A stretch of 64,000 nucleotides of DNA. Origin: an uncultured delta proteobacterium. GTDB taxonomy: Bacteria > Myxococcota > Myxococcia > Myxococcales > Anaeromyxobacteraceae. Both the position numbers and the translations under genes were made by a program. The notes beneath the pieces were generated by a model. The model did no database searches, had not been told where the DNA came from, and worked only from the letters and a program-made list of their open reading frames with translations. Positions 30,574 to 42,314 of this stretch are shown here, piece by piece. Numbering within the stretch: the stretch's first letter is position 1; each line of letters starts with the position of its first letter. The stretch is from contig CAWFDF010000014.1 of NCBI GenBank assembly GCA_963814585.1, forward strand, positions 224,001-288,000. The letters are read 5' to 3'.

Positions 30574-32765
30574 CGACTCGGCTCCGCACCCGCTGGGGCC
30601 CGCCCCAGCAGCGCCCCGAAGATCCAGACGTCGCCCACCACCGCCGCCAGGAGGCCTCCGGCCAGGAGGAGCCCCAGCTGCCGCGGCGGCACGAAGCTGG
30701 AGCCCAGGAAGACCAGGGCCCCCAGCGCCATCACCACCGCCACCAGGAGGGAGGCCCCGCCGCGTCGCTCGATCCCCTGGCTGGCCCCGCCGCCGGTGCA
30801 GGCGAACTGCACCGCGTTGTCACCGGTCAGCCCCACCAGCACGCTGGCGAAGGCCACGCTGAGGAAGTTGACGGGGAACCGCGCCACCCACATGGCCAGC
30901 AGCGTCACCGCCGGACCCCAGGCCGAGGCGAGTGCTGCCCGCACTCCCCAGCCCAGCCCCAGCCCCCGGTAGACCAGCACGATCACCAGCGCCACCAGCG
31001 CCAGGCAGGTGAGCAGGCTGTCCATCAAGGTCCTGGGCACGATGTCGCCGACGTCGGCATAGGTGATCAGCTCCCCGGCCGGGTAGCCGTCGCCGTCCGG
31101 CCAGCGGGTGGTGGCCCACCCGCGCAGGCGCAGCAGCGTGGGGAGCCCGACGTCGCCGACCAGCACGCTGGCCCGCAGCCGCCCGCCTGGCGCCTGCAGC
31201 GCACCGCTCCCGGCCGCCAGCTTGCCACGCTCCGCCGCCAGCTCGAAGAGCGCCAGGGCGTCTCCTCCGGTCAAGTCGGCCAGCACCGTGGCCGGATCGA
31301 GCACCTGGACCACCCCGGACTGCCGGCGAAGGTCGGCGACCGCCGCCGCCACCTCGGCCATGGAGGCGTCCTCGGGGAAGACCACGTAGAGCTGCCCGAT
31401 CCAGCCACGGGTCCGCGCCGAGTAGTCGAGCGCCTGGCGGAATGGGTGGCCGGCGTCGAACATGGCCACCGGGGTGTCGGCGTACTCCAGGTCGCCCGCG
31501 GCCAGCCCGCCGGCGACGAGGAGGAGCAGGAGCGCCCAGGCGGCCCGCCGCGGCATCCGCCGGGTGAGGAGGCGGGCCGGCAGCCGCGTCCCCAGGGCCT
31601 GCGCCGGCGCGGTCCAGGTGCGCAGCCGCGGCCACAGCTGCAGCAGCGCCGGCAGCACCAGGAAGGTGGCGGCCCACTCCAGGAGCGCCCCCAGCCCGCC
31701 CCACAGCCCGAAGCGGCGGACCACCGCCAGCTCCGAGACCCCCAGGCTGGCGAAGCCGATCACGGTGGTCAGCGACGTGAGGAAGCCAGGGAGGAGGAGC
31801 CGGCGGAACGCCCTTCGCCAGGAGGCCCCTCGAGCCAGCTGCTCCCAGGAGATGAAGACGAAGTCCTCCACCGCCGCCACCGAGAGCATGAGGAAGAGGC
31901 CGATCGAGAGCAGGTCGAGCGGCGCGCCGCTGGCCGCCATGCCGCCGTAGACGGCCGCCCCGGCCCAACCCACCACCAGCACCAGCAGCAGGCCGCCCCG
32001 CCAGGTGCCGAGGAGCACCCGCAGCGCCAGCAGCAGCAGCAGCGTCACCACGCCGTTGAGCACCTGGAACCGCTGCAGCCCGAGCTGGGCGAAGTGCTCG
32101 AAGGCGGCGTTCCCGGAGACCAGCAGCTGCACGCCGGGCTGGGCCTCGATCAGCTCGGCCCGGCAGCGCCGCTCCAGCGCGCCGATGGGGCGTGGGTCGA
32201 AGCGGCCGAAGCGCGAGCCGCCCGGTGTGTCGCGGAAGACCAGCTCCACCAGCACGTCGCGCCCCGCTCGGTCGGTGAGGATCCCGGCCCAGGGGCTGGC
32301 CGCCACGGCCCGCAACGCCTCCGGGGTGGCCGCCGGCATGATGGGGACGAGCCGCAGCCGGTCGTCGACCCGTGAGGGACGCAGCGCCTCGAAGGGCGAG
32401 GTGATCCGCACCAGCTCGCTGTTGCGGCCCCGCTCCAGCTCGATCCAGGCCCGGATGGCCTCCAGCTCGGCGGCGGTGAAGGACGCCGCCCTCGGCGTGA
32501 AGAAGAGCACCACGCCGTGGCCCGGGCCGAAGTCCCGCTCCATCTCCGCCTGCCAGCGGCTGGCGGGAAGATGGGCGTCGGCCATCTCCCGGATGGAGAG
32601 GTGGACCTGGGTGCGCGACGCCTGGGTGGCCAGCGCCACCAGCAGGCCGGCGGCCAGGGCCAGCGTGAGGCGAGGCCGATGCAGGGCCGCCCGGTGCAGC
32701 CGAAGCAGCGACCACGCCAGCGGGCGGAGCAGGCGGCGGCCGAGGATGGTGGCTCCGCTGCGCAC
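30570..32765 (-). CDS. MMPL/RND family transporter
   Basis: Two repeats of one TM + extracytoplasmic loop + TM bundle; 'VAAVEDFVFI', 'LTSLTTVIGFASL', 'GLTGDNAVQF'. Confidence 0.8.
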   Translation of the reverse strand: MRSGATILGRRLLRPLAWSLLRLHRAALHRPRLTLALAAGLLVALATQASRTQVHLSIREMADAHLPASRWQAEMERDFGPGHGVVLFFTPRAASFTAAELEAIRAWIELERGRNSELVRITSPFEALRPSRVDDRLRLVPIMPAATPEALRAVAASPWAGILTDRAGRDVLVELVFRDTPGGSRFGRFDPRPIGALERRCRAELIEAQPGVQLLVSGNAAFEHFAQLGLQRFQVLNGVVTLLLLLALRVLLGTWRGGLLLVLVVGWAGAAVYGGMAASGAPLDLLSIGLFLMLSVAAVEDFVFISWEQLARGASWRRAFRRLLLPGFLTSLTTVIGFASLGVSELAVVRRFGLWGGLGALLEWAATFLVLPALLQLWPRLRTWTAPAQALGTRLPARLLTRRMPRRAAWALLLLLVAGGLAAGDLEYADTPVAMFDAGHPFRQALDYSARTRGWIGQLYVVFPEDASMAEVAAAVADLRRQSGVVQVLDPATVLADLTGGDALALFELAAERGKLAAGSGALQAPGGRLRASVLVGDVGLPTLLRLRGWATTRWPDGDGYPAGELITYADVGDIVPRTLMDSLLTCLALVALVIVLVYRGLGLGWGVRAALASAWGPAVTLLAMWVARFPVNFLSVAFASVLVGLTGDNAVQFACTGGGASQGIERRGGASLLVAVVMALGALVFLGSSFVPPRQLGLLLAGGLLAAVVGDVWIFGALLGRAPAGAEPSR

Positions 32766-32774
32766 GCCTGCTCC

Positions 32775-33605
32775 TCACGCGCCGCGGCGCCGGGTCCCGG
32801 CCAGCGACCCCCGATCGGCCACGGACGCGGGAGCGCTGCCGGGGGCCGATCCAGTGGACCGGCCGGGTCGTCGCCTCGTCAGGAACGCCGCCACCGCGTG
32901 CCGGGCGAAGTCGCGCCAGCGGATCTCGGCGATGCAGGCCAGCTCCTGCCCGTCGCGCCAGCCGGGGTTGCGATCGAGGAAGAAGCGCACCCCCGGGTCG
33001 GCCAGCGCCTGCGCCGATGGCTCGGCCAGGCGGCCGCGCACCGCCCCGTGGCTCTCGCCGAAGTCGATGATGCCGCGGGCCGGGTCGAAGGCGCCGGGGT
33101 AGCGGGACGTGTAGTAGGCCTCCAGGACCCGCTGCAGGGACGGCGGCGTGGGGGCGTCGTGGCGCGGGAAGCCGCGCGGGAAGTGGTGGCTCAGGAGCAG
33201 GTAGGTCTTGAACCCCTTGCTGATGAGCATCCAGTACACGGGACCCAGCGGGTGGCGGAGCCGGGTGCGGAGCATGAGGAGGAAGAAGGCCCGCTGCAGC
33301 ACCCCCTTCCCCTGCCAGGACGCGTCCACCACGGTGTCACCGGAGAAGAGGCAGGTGGCTCCCGGGACCCCCGGCACCGGGCCGCGCCCGGCCGTGCTGA
33401 AGCCGACCAGCCGTCCCGGCCAGCGGCGTGGCCGGCCGGGCTCGGGCGCGAAGAAGAGCAGCGCGTGCGTCTTCTCCCGCAGGTCGGCGAGGAAGCGCTC
33501 GATCGTGACGTCGACGTAGGAGCGCTCGAAGAGGTCGAACATGCGCCGCGCGTCCAGCTCGTCGAGAGCCGGGACCGGCATCGTCCTGGAGACGACGTGG
33601 GGCAT
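32775..33605 (-). CDS. Hypothetical protein, putative GNAT-like fold
   Basis: 'LVGFS', 'FSGDTVVDASWQGKG' resembles GNAT motif A; GGAG RBS before ATG 33605. Confidence 0.6.
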   Translation of the reverse strand: MPHVVSRTMPVPALDELDARRMFDLFERSYVDVTIERFLADLREKTHALLFFAPEPGRPRRWPGRLVGFSTAGRGPVPGVPGATCLFSGDTVVDASWQGKGVLQRAFFLLMLRTRLRHPLGPVYWMLISKGFKTYLLLSHHFPRGFPRHDAPTPPSLQRVLEAYYTSRYPGAFDPARGIIDFGESHGAVRGRLAEPSAQALADPGVRFFLDRNPGWRDGQELACIAEIRWRDFARHAVAAFLTRRRPGRSTGSAPGSAPASVADRGSLAGTRRRGA

Positions 33606-33703
33606 CCTGCTCCCCCGCCAGGGCCTCACCGCTCTCTGGCGACCGGGGGCATGATAGCCCGACCCGGGCTGGAGGTGGGGCGGGGTCCGGGAAAGGGGAG
33701 CCG

Positions 33704-35278
33704 GTGCAGGGCCTGTTCGCTCGGATCGCCGTGGCCAGCCAGCGCCCGGCCTGGCGCCGCTTCCGGCGCGCCCTCGACGACGTCGAGGGCGCGCAGCGCC
33801 GCTGCCTGGCCCGGCTGCTCCCCTCGGCGCTGGCCTTGAACCCCGGCGCCGCGGCGCGCCTCGGACCTGGGGCCTCCTGGGAGGAGGTGGGACGAAGGCT
33901 TCCGCTCACCACCTGGGAGGACCACGCCGGCTGGATCGGGGCGCTCCGGGCGGCGCCCCCCGGCCCGGCCGGACCACTTCGCTTCGAGCCCACCAGCGGC
34001 TCCACCGCGGCCCGAAAGTGGATCCCCTGCCCGCCCACCTTCCTCGCCGAGCTCGACGAGGCCGCCTCGGCCTGGATGGCCGGCGCCGCCGATGACCACC
34101 CGGGGATCCTGGGTGGACCGCACTACTGGTCGCTCTCCTGGCTTCCCGACGACCTGCGCGCCGCGGGCCAGGGGAGCGATGATCTCGCCCTGCTCCCGCC
34201 GCTGGCCCGGCTGGTGCTGCGGCGGCTCATGGCGGTGCCCGGCGCCATCGCCCGCCTGCCCAGCTCCGAGGAGGCGCTGGCGGCCACCCTGGTCCACCTG
34301 GCGGCGCGCCCCGACCTGGCGCTGGCCTCGGTCTGGAGCCCGACCTTCCTGCTGCGGCTGGTCGAGGCGCTGGCGGCGCGGCGCGAGCAGGTCGCGGCGG
34401 TGCTGGCGTCCGGGCGCTGGGAGGCCGGCGGGCTCACCATCCCCTGGGCGGCGCCGCGTGCTCCCTCGGCGGCGCGACGGCTGCGCGAGGCGGGCCGCCA
34501 GCCCGGCCCATCCCTGACCCGGGCGCTCTGGCCGCGGCTGGCGCTGATCAGCGCCTGGGACTCGGCCTCCTCCCGCCCTTACGCCGCGGCGCTCCGCGCC
34601 CTCGTCCCCCACGCCGCCTTCCAGCCCAAGGGGCTGTGGGCCACCGAGGGGGTGGTCTCCATCCCCTTCGCCGGCGAGCACCCGCTCGCCCTCACCAGCC
34701 ACGCGCTGGAGTTCCGCTGCCTGGCCAGCGGCGCGGTGCTGCCGCCCTGGAGGCTGGAGGCCGGGCAGGAGGTGCAGCCGGTGGTGAGTGGCGCCCACGG
34801 GTTGCTCCGCTACCAGCTGCCGGACCGGCTGCGGGTGTCCGGCTTCCTGCATCGCGCCCCCTGCGTGGAGTTCCTCGGGCGGCTCGGCGGCGTCGACCTG
34901 GTGGGCGAGAAGGTGGACGCCGTCCTGGCCCAGCAGGTGCTGGAGCTCCTGGCTGCCGAGGGGCTGGCCCGCCCCATCGCGCTGCTGGCCGGGCCGGTGG
35001 GCCAGGGTCTCCCCTGCTACCGGCTGCTGGCAGCCCCCGGGGAGCGCGGCGCGGCGCCGGAGGCGGTGGCCGGGCGGGCCGAGGCCCTGCTGCTGCGCCT
35101 GCACCACTACCGGCTGGCGCGCGAGCTGGGCCAGCTCGGTCCGGCCCGGGCCGAGGTGCGAGCCGACGCGCTCGAGGAGTACCATCGCCTGGTGGGCCGC
35201 CCGGCCGGAGCCGACGGGCAGGTGAAGGTCGAGCCGGTGGTGGCGCTGCCGGCGGCGAGGGGGGACGCGTGCGGTTGA
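33704..35278 (+). CDS. GH3 family acyl-adenylating enzyme (acyl acid amido synthetase-like)
   Basis: 'FEPTSGSTAARKWIP' (GH3 motif I), 'KGLWATEG', 'GLLRYQLPD', 'FLGR...DLVGEKV'; AGGGGAG RBS. Confidence 0.8.
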   Translation: MQGLFARIAVASQRPAWRRFRRALDDVEGAQRRCLARLLPSALALNPGAAARLGPGASWEEVGRRLPLTTWEDHAGWIGALRAAPPGPAGPLRFEPTSGSTAARKWIPCPPTFLAELDEAASAWMAGAADDHPGILGGPHYWSLSWLPDDLRAAGQGSDDLALLPPLARLVLRRLMAVPGAIARLPSSEEALAATLVHLAARPDLALASVWSPTFLLRLVEALAARREQVAAVLASGRWEAGGLTIPWAAPRAPSAARRLREAGRQPGPSLTRALWPRLALISAWDSASSRPYAAALRALVPHAAFQPKGLWATEGVVSIPFAGEHPLALTSHALEFRCLASGAVLPPWRLEAGQEVQPVVSGAHGLLRYQLPDRLRVSGFLHRAPCVEFLGRLGGVDLVGEKVDAVLAQQVLELLAAEGLARPIALLAGPVGQGLPCYRLLAAPGERGAAPEAVAGRAEALLLRLHHYRLARELGQLGPARAEVRADALEEYHRLVGRPAGADGQVKVEPVVALPAARGDACG

Positions 35279-36639
35279 CCCTGATCCACCCCTGCATCGG
35301 CCGGATCCCGGGACGCCGCTACATCCGCAGCTGGCAGATGGAGCCGCTGCCGGCCGCTCACCTGGCCGGGCTGACGCCGCCGGACGTGGCGATCTCCTTC
35401 TGGGACGACCGGATGGAGGCCATCCCCTACGACGCGCCCACCGACCTGGTGGCCGTGAGCGTCGAGACCTACACGGCGCGGCGCGCCTACGAGATCGCCA
35501 GCGAGTACCGGCGGCGAGGGGTGCCGGTGGTGATGGGCGGCTTCCACGCCACGCTGCAGCCCGGGGAGGTGGCCAGCTACGCCGAGGCGGTGGTGGTCGG
35601 CGAGGCCGAGGAGACCTGGCCGCGGCTGCTCGAGGACGCCCGCGCCGGGCGGCTGCAGCGCGAGTACCGGGCCGGCGCGCGGCCGGACATCTCACGCACC
35701 CTGCCCGACCGCCGCCTCTTCCGCGGCAAGCGCTACCTGCCGGTGGCGCTGGTCGAGGCGGGGCGCGGCTGCACGTTCCGCTGCGAGTTCTGCGCCATCC
35801 AGAGCGCCTTCGGCGCCACCCAGACCCGGCGTGGCGTCGAGACCATCGTCCGCGAGATCGCCGACATGCCCGATCGACGGCGACTCTTCTTCTTCGTCGA
35901 CGACAACGTGGTGGCCCACCCGCGCGAGGCCAAGGAGCTGTTCCAGGCGCTCATCCCGCTGCGCATCCGCTGGGTGGGCCAGGCCACCGTCACCATGGCC
36001 CAGGACGAGGAGCTGCTCGACCTGATGCGGCGCAGCGGTTGCCAGGGCGTGCTCATCGGCCTGGAGAGCCTCGACGCCCGCAACCTGGCCGACATGAACA
36101 AGTCCTTCAACGCCGATCGGCTGCCGCCGGCCCAGGTGGTGCGCCGGCTGCACGCCCATGGGCTGCGGGTCTACGCCACCTTCGTCTTCGGCTACGACCA
36201 CGACACCGCCGAGAGCTTCGAGGAGGCGATCGACTTCGCGGTGGGCGAGCGGATCTTCATGGTGGCCTTCAACCACCTGACGCCGTTCCCGGGCACGCCG
36301 CTCCACGACCGGCTGGAGCGCGAGGGGCGGCTGATCTACCCGCGCTGGTGGCTCGACCCCCGCTACCGCTATGGCCAGGTCCCCTTCCACACCGCCGTGC
36401 CGCCGGAGGAGATCGACCGCCGCTGCGTGGCGCTGCGCAAGCGCTTCTACTCGCCCGGCTCCATCCTGCGCCGGATGGGCAACCTGACCAACGTGGCCAG
36501 CGGGAAGATGCTGCACCACTACCTCTTCATCAACCTGCTGCTCCGCCGCGAGGCGGCGGAGCGCGAGCAGTACCCGCTGGGCGATCGGTCCTTCCGGGGA
36601 TCGCTCCTCCCGGTGGCCGGCGCCCCGGCCCTGGACTGA
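35269..36639 (+). CDS. Cobalamin-binding radical SAM protein C
   Basis: GTG start overlapping the GH3 end; 'RGCTFRCEFC', 'VVMGGFHAT', 'FFVDDN', 'TPFPGTPL'. Confidence 0.9.
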   Translation: MRLTLIHPCIGRIPGRRYIRSWQMEPLPAAHLAGLTPPDVAISFWDDRMEAIPYDAPTDLVAVSVETYTARRAYEIASEYRRRGVPVVMGGFHATLQPGEVASYAEAVVVGEAEETWPRLLEDARAGRLQREYRAGARPDISRTLPDRRLFRGKRYLPVALVEAGRGCTFRCEFCAIQSAFGATQTRRGVETIVREIADMPDRRRLFFFVDDNVVAHPREAKELFQALIPLRIRWVGQATVTMAQDEELLDLMRRSGCQGVLIGLESLDARNLADMNKSFNADRLPPAQVVRRLHAHGLRVYATFVFGYDHDTAESFEEAIDFAVGERIFMVAFNHLTPFPGTPLHDRLEREGRLIYPRWWLDPRYRYGQVPFHTAVPPEEIDRRCVALRKRFYSPGSILRRMGNLTNVASGKMLHHYLFINLLLRREAAEREQYPLGDRSFRGSLLPVAGAPALD

Positions 36640-36643
36640 TCGG

Positions 36644-37759
36644 GTGGCCGGGGTCGAGCTCTACCTGGCGGGACCCGCCGACGACGCCGGCCTGCGGGCG
36701 CTGCTGCGGGAGCTCTCCAGCGGCGGCGCCCTGCGCCTGGCGCTCTGGCACGAGCCGGACTACTTCGCGGCCATCGAGGTGGAGGGGCGCGATCCGGTCG
36801 TCGTCACCGGGCGCGGGCCGGACGGCCGCATCGTCGTGGTGGGGGTCACCACGTGGAGGGACGTCTACGTCAACGGCGCGCCGGCCACCGTCGGCTACCT
36901 GAGCGGCCTCCGGTTCCACCCGCGGCACCGAGGCCGCGGGATCATCCAGCGCGGCTTCGCCCTGGCCCACGGCGAGCACGCCAGGCGGCCGGCCCTGCTC
37001 TTCCTCTCCACCATCATCGAGGGCAACGCCCCGGGCCGGCGCGCCCTGGGCGGGCGGCGCCCCGGCCTGCCCCACTTCGCGCCGCGCGGTACGTACCTCA
37101 CGTTCACCTACGCGCCGCGCGGCGATCCCTGGCGGGCCCGTGCCGCCCGGGGCGTGGAGGTGGCGGCGGCGGACGGCGCCGACCTGGAGCCGCTGGCCGC
37201 CCTGTGGCGGGCCGAGGGGCCGCGGCGGCAGTTCTTCCCCGTCTACCGGGCCGACGACCTGCGCCGGGCCGACGGCCTGCTGCGCGGCCTCGCCCCCCGA
37301 GACGTGCTGGTGGCCCGGGAGGGCGGTCGGGTCGTCGGCACGCTCGGGCTCTGGGACCAGCGGCCGTTCCGGCAGTGGGTGGTGGCCGGCTACTCGCGCC
37401 CCCTGGCCGTGTCGAGGCCCTTCTACAACGCCTTCGCCGCCGTCACCCGGCGGCCGCCGCTCCCGCCCCCTGGCGGGATCCTCGACCTGCGGCTCGGGGC
37501 GCTCCTCTGCACCGAACGGGACCGACCGGAGGTGCTGGCTTCCCTGCTCTCGGCCGCCTGGCGAGCCCTGCAGGCGAGGGCCCCGGGAGCGCTCCTCTCC
37601 ATCGGCGTGCACGAGCGCGACCCGCTGCGCCCACTGCTCGGCGCAGCGCCGCACCGGCTGCTGCGCAGCCGGCTCTACGTCCCCCACTGGCCGGAGGGGA
37701 CCGCGGCCCACGCCGCGCTCGACGATCGCTGCCCCTTCCTCGAGCTGGGCTCGCTCTGA
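36644..37759 (+). CDS. GNAT-like protein (probably tandem GNAT folds)
   Basis: 'GYLSGLRFHPRHRGRG' GNAT motif A; second half 'DVLVAREGGRVVGTLGLWD' looks like a second GNAT-type unit. Confidence 0.65.
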   Translation: MAGVELYLAGPADDAGLRALLRELSSGGALRLALWHEPDYFAAIEVEGRDPVVVTGRGPDGRIVVVGVTTWRDVYVNGAPATVGYLSGLRFHPRHRGRGIIQRGFALAHGEHARRPALLFLSTIIEGNAPGRRALGGRRPGLPHFAPRGTYLTFTYAPRGDPWRARAARGVEVAAADGADLEPLAALWRAEGPRRQFFPVYRADDLRRADGLLRGLAPRDVLVAREGGRVVGTLGLWDQRPFRQWVVAGYSRPLAVSRPFYNAFAAVTRRPPLPPPGGILDLRLGALLCTERDRPEVLASLLSAAWRALQARAPGALLSIGVHERDPLRPLLGAAPHRLLRSRLYVPHWPEGTAAHAALDDRCPFLELGSL

Positions 37760-37801
37760 CTTGACAATCGTTGCCCCTTCCTCGAGCTGGGCTCTCTCCG
37801 A
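37718..37801 (+). repeat. Tandem 42-bp duplication of a gene 3' end
   Basis: 37718-37759 versus 37760-37801: 37/42 identical. Confidence 0.9.
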
Positions 37802-37819
37802 GCCTGGCGGGCCGGCGCC

Positions 37820-39271
37820 CTACCCGCAGGACGCGCCGCGCCCGGCCGGCGCGTCCGCGCCGACGAGGTGGACCCCGGCCGGAAGCACCTCGCCTGGCTC
37901 GGGCAGCGCGGGCGCCTCCTGCCCGGCGCCCACCGCCGCCGTCGGCCCCCCATCGCCGAGGAACCAGTCGCAGGTGTAGAAGCGCTGCAGGTTGCGGGCG
38001 TAGAAACGGTAGCCGAGGTTGGCAGCCAGCGAGACCTGGGGGGCCACCCGGGCCCGCCAAAGGCGCGAGGCGATGGCCGAGAGCGAGTAGGTGTGCCTCC
38101 AGGCCCACTCGTGACCCCGCTGCAGCGCCTCCGGCGTCATGTGGCGCGGGCGGAAGACCACGTGCTGCGCGTCGTAGAGCTCCCAGTTCCGGTGGAGGAT
38201 GCGCCCCTCGGCGTCCAGCCGGCGGTGCAGCGGCGTCCCCGGGAACGGCGTCACGATGGCGAAGCGCGGCAGGTCGATGGCCGCATCGACGGCGAAGCGG
38301 GCGGTCCTCTCGAAGACGTCGGGGGTGTCGCCGTCGAGGCCGAAGGCGAAGCAGCCCATCAACGAGATGCCGTGGCGGTGCAGATCGGCCACCATGGCCT
38401 TGTAGCGCTCCGGATCGTTGAACCCCTTCCGGGTCTGCCCCAGCGAGGCCTCGCAGAGCGACTCCAGCCCCATCAGCAGCCCGGCGCAGCCGCTGCGCGC
38501 AGCCAGCTCGAGCAGCTCGCGCTCCAGGGCGATGAGCGTGGTGGCCAGGCCGTACCAGCGGACCTTCAGCGGGATCAGCCCCTCGAAGAGGCGGGCCGCA
38601 TAGCGCGGATCGGACACGAGGTTGAGGTCGACGAAGAGCACCCGGCGGGCCCCGACCTGCCGGATGTCGGCGATCACGTCCTCGACCGGCTTCTGGTACT
38701 GCTTCCGCCCCCAGGCCGCCGGGGCCACGCAGAACTCGCAGTCATGGGCGCAGGAGCGGGTGGCCTCGAAGACCGCGCTGGTCAGGTAGCGGCCAGGATC
38801 GAGCAGCTCGCGCCGCGCGAAGGGCAGCCCGGCCAGGGAGAGGTCGACCCCCTGGAGGTAACGCCGCCGCAGCCGCCCGGCGCGGAAGTCGCGCAGCAGC
38901 TCCGGCCAGGTCTGCTCGGCGTAGCCCACCACCACGGCGTCGGCGTGGCCGGCCGCCTCGTCGGGGAGGAGCGTCGGGTGCGGCCCGCCCAGCACCGTCG
39001 TGACGCCGCGGGCCCGCAGCCGGTCGGCCAGCTGGTAGGCGCGCGGGGCGTTGCCGGTGATCAGGGTGATGCCCACCAGGTCGGCCTCGAGGCGATCCGG
39101 ATCGACCTCGGCGATCCCCTCGTCGACGATCTCCACCGAGGCCCGCAGCTCGGCCGGGACGTAGGCGGCCAGGGTGGTCAGGGTCAGCGGCGCGTAGCGC
39201 AGCGATCGCGGGAAGATGCCGCCGCGGTGGCGGTAGAGCGGCCCCTTGGGCGAGATCAGCGCGATGCGCAC
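37820..39271 (-). CDS. Cobalamin-binding radical SAM protein D
   Basis: 'RSCAHDCEFC', 'VLGGPHPT', 'LFVDLN', 'TPFPGTPL'; GGAGGG RBS before GTG 39271. Confidence 0.9.
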   Translation of the reverse strand: MRIALISPKGPLYRHRGGIFPRSLRYAPLTLTTLAAYVPAELRASVEIVDEGIAEVDPDRLEADLVGITLITGNAPRAYQLADRLRARGVTTVLGGPHPTLLPDEAAGHADAVVVGYAEQTWPELLRDFRAGRLRRRYLQGVDLSLAGLPFARRELLDPGRYLTSAVFEATRSCAHDCEFCVAPAAWGRKQYQKPVEDVIADIRQVGARRVLFVDLNLVSDPRYAARLFEGLIPLKVRWYGLATTLIALERELLELAARSGCAGLLMGLESLCEASLGQTRKGFNDPERYKAMVADLHRHGISLMGCFAFGLDGDTPDVFERTARFAVDAAIDLPRFAIVTPFPGTPLHRRLDAEGRILHRNWELYDAQHVVFRPRHMTPEALQRGHEWAWRHTYSLSAIASRLWRARVAPQVSLAANLGYRFYARNLQRFYTCDWFLGDGGPTAAVGAGQEAPALPEPGEVLPAGVHLVGADAPAGRGASCG

Positions 39272-39419
39272 GGGCCCCTCCCTCCCGGACTCCACGCCCA
39301 GCATGGCACGGCCCGCGGCCGGGAGCGCCCCCTCGTCCGGGCTGCTCCCATCTGCCGCAGAGGCGGACGCCTGCGCCAGGCCCGTGGTGGTGGACCGGTC
39401 CGTCCGGGCCCTGGACGCC

Positions 39420-39872
39420 CTAGGTGTCCAGGCTCGCCAGCAGCACCTTGCGCATGCGGACGTGGGGGACGCCCTCCTCGAGGAAGGTCTCCCCCTCCTG
39501 CGTGTACCCGCGCCGCTCGAAGAACCTCACCGACGGGAGCTGGGCGTGCAGCACCACCTCGGCGATGCCGCGCAGCACCGCCATCCGCTCCAGGGCGTCC
39601 ATCACCAGCGCGCCGACGCCATGGCGACGGTGCTCGGCGGCGACCGCCATCCGGCCGATCTGGACCACGCGGTTGTCGCGCCGGACGAAGCGGCCCGTTC
39701 CGACGCAGCGCCCCTTCTCGTCGAAGGCCACCACGTGGTTGGCCTGGTGGTCGAGCGCGTCGCGGTCGAGGGGGCGCGGGACGTTCTGCTCGACCTCGAA
39801 GACCTGCTGCCGGAGGGCGTAGGCGGCCTCGCGATCGGCCTCGGTGGATGCGTAGCGGACGGAGTAGGTCAT
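39420..39872 (-). CDS. GNAT N-acetyltransferase (ElaA/YjcF-like)
   Basis: 'LRQQVFEVEQNV', 'IGRMAV...HRRHGVG', 'LHAQ', 'FLEEGVPHVRM'. Confidence 0.9.
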   Translation of the reverse strand: MTYSVRYASTEADREAAYALRQQVFEVEQNVPRPLDRDALDHQANHVVAFDEKGRCVGTGRFVRRDNRVVQIGRMAVAAEHRRHGVGALVMDALERMAVLRGIAEVVLHAQLPSVRFFERRGYTQEGETFLEEGVPHVRMRKVLLASLDT

Positions 39873-39981
39873 GCCCCATTCCTAACCGAACCGGGGCCGG
39901 CTCCGCCACCCGGCCATCGCCGGCGGGGTCGCCGCGGCCGGGAGGTTGCCTGCGGGCGGCCGCTGGGCTACCACCGCGGTC

Positions 39982-42288
<2,307 letters not shown>

Positions 42289-42314
42289 CGGCCGCCGTGG
42301 TCAGGGATCGGAGG

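Noticed and set aside
27904..39271. Hopanoid tailoring locus (HpnP/HpnJ + HpnN)
   Set aside because: No squalene-hopene cyclase or other hpn genes here, and GH3/GNAT genes are not part of that pathway; not fully excluded without a phylogeny
27904..39420. RiPP interpretation of the radical SAM cluster
   Set aside because: Intergenic gaps are tiny; no credible precursor ORF, SPASM cysteine pattern or peptidase transporter seen. A distant precursor cannot be excluded
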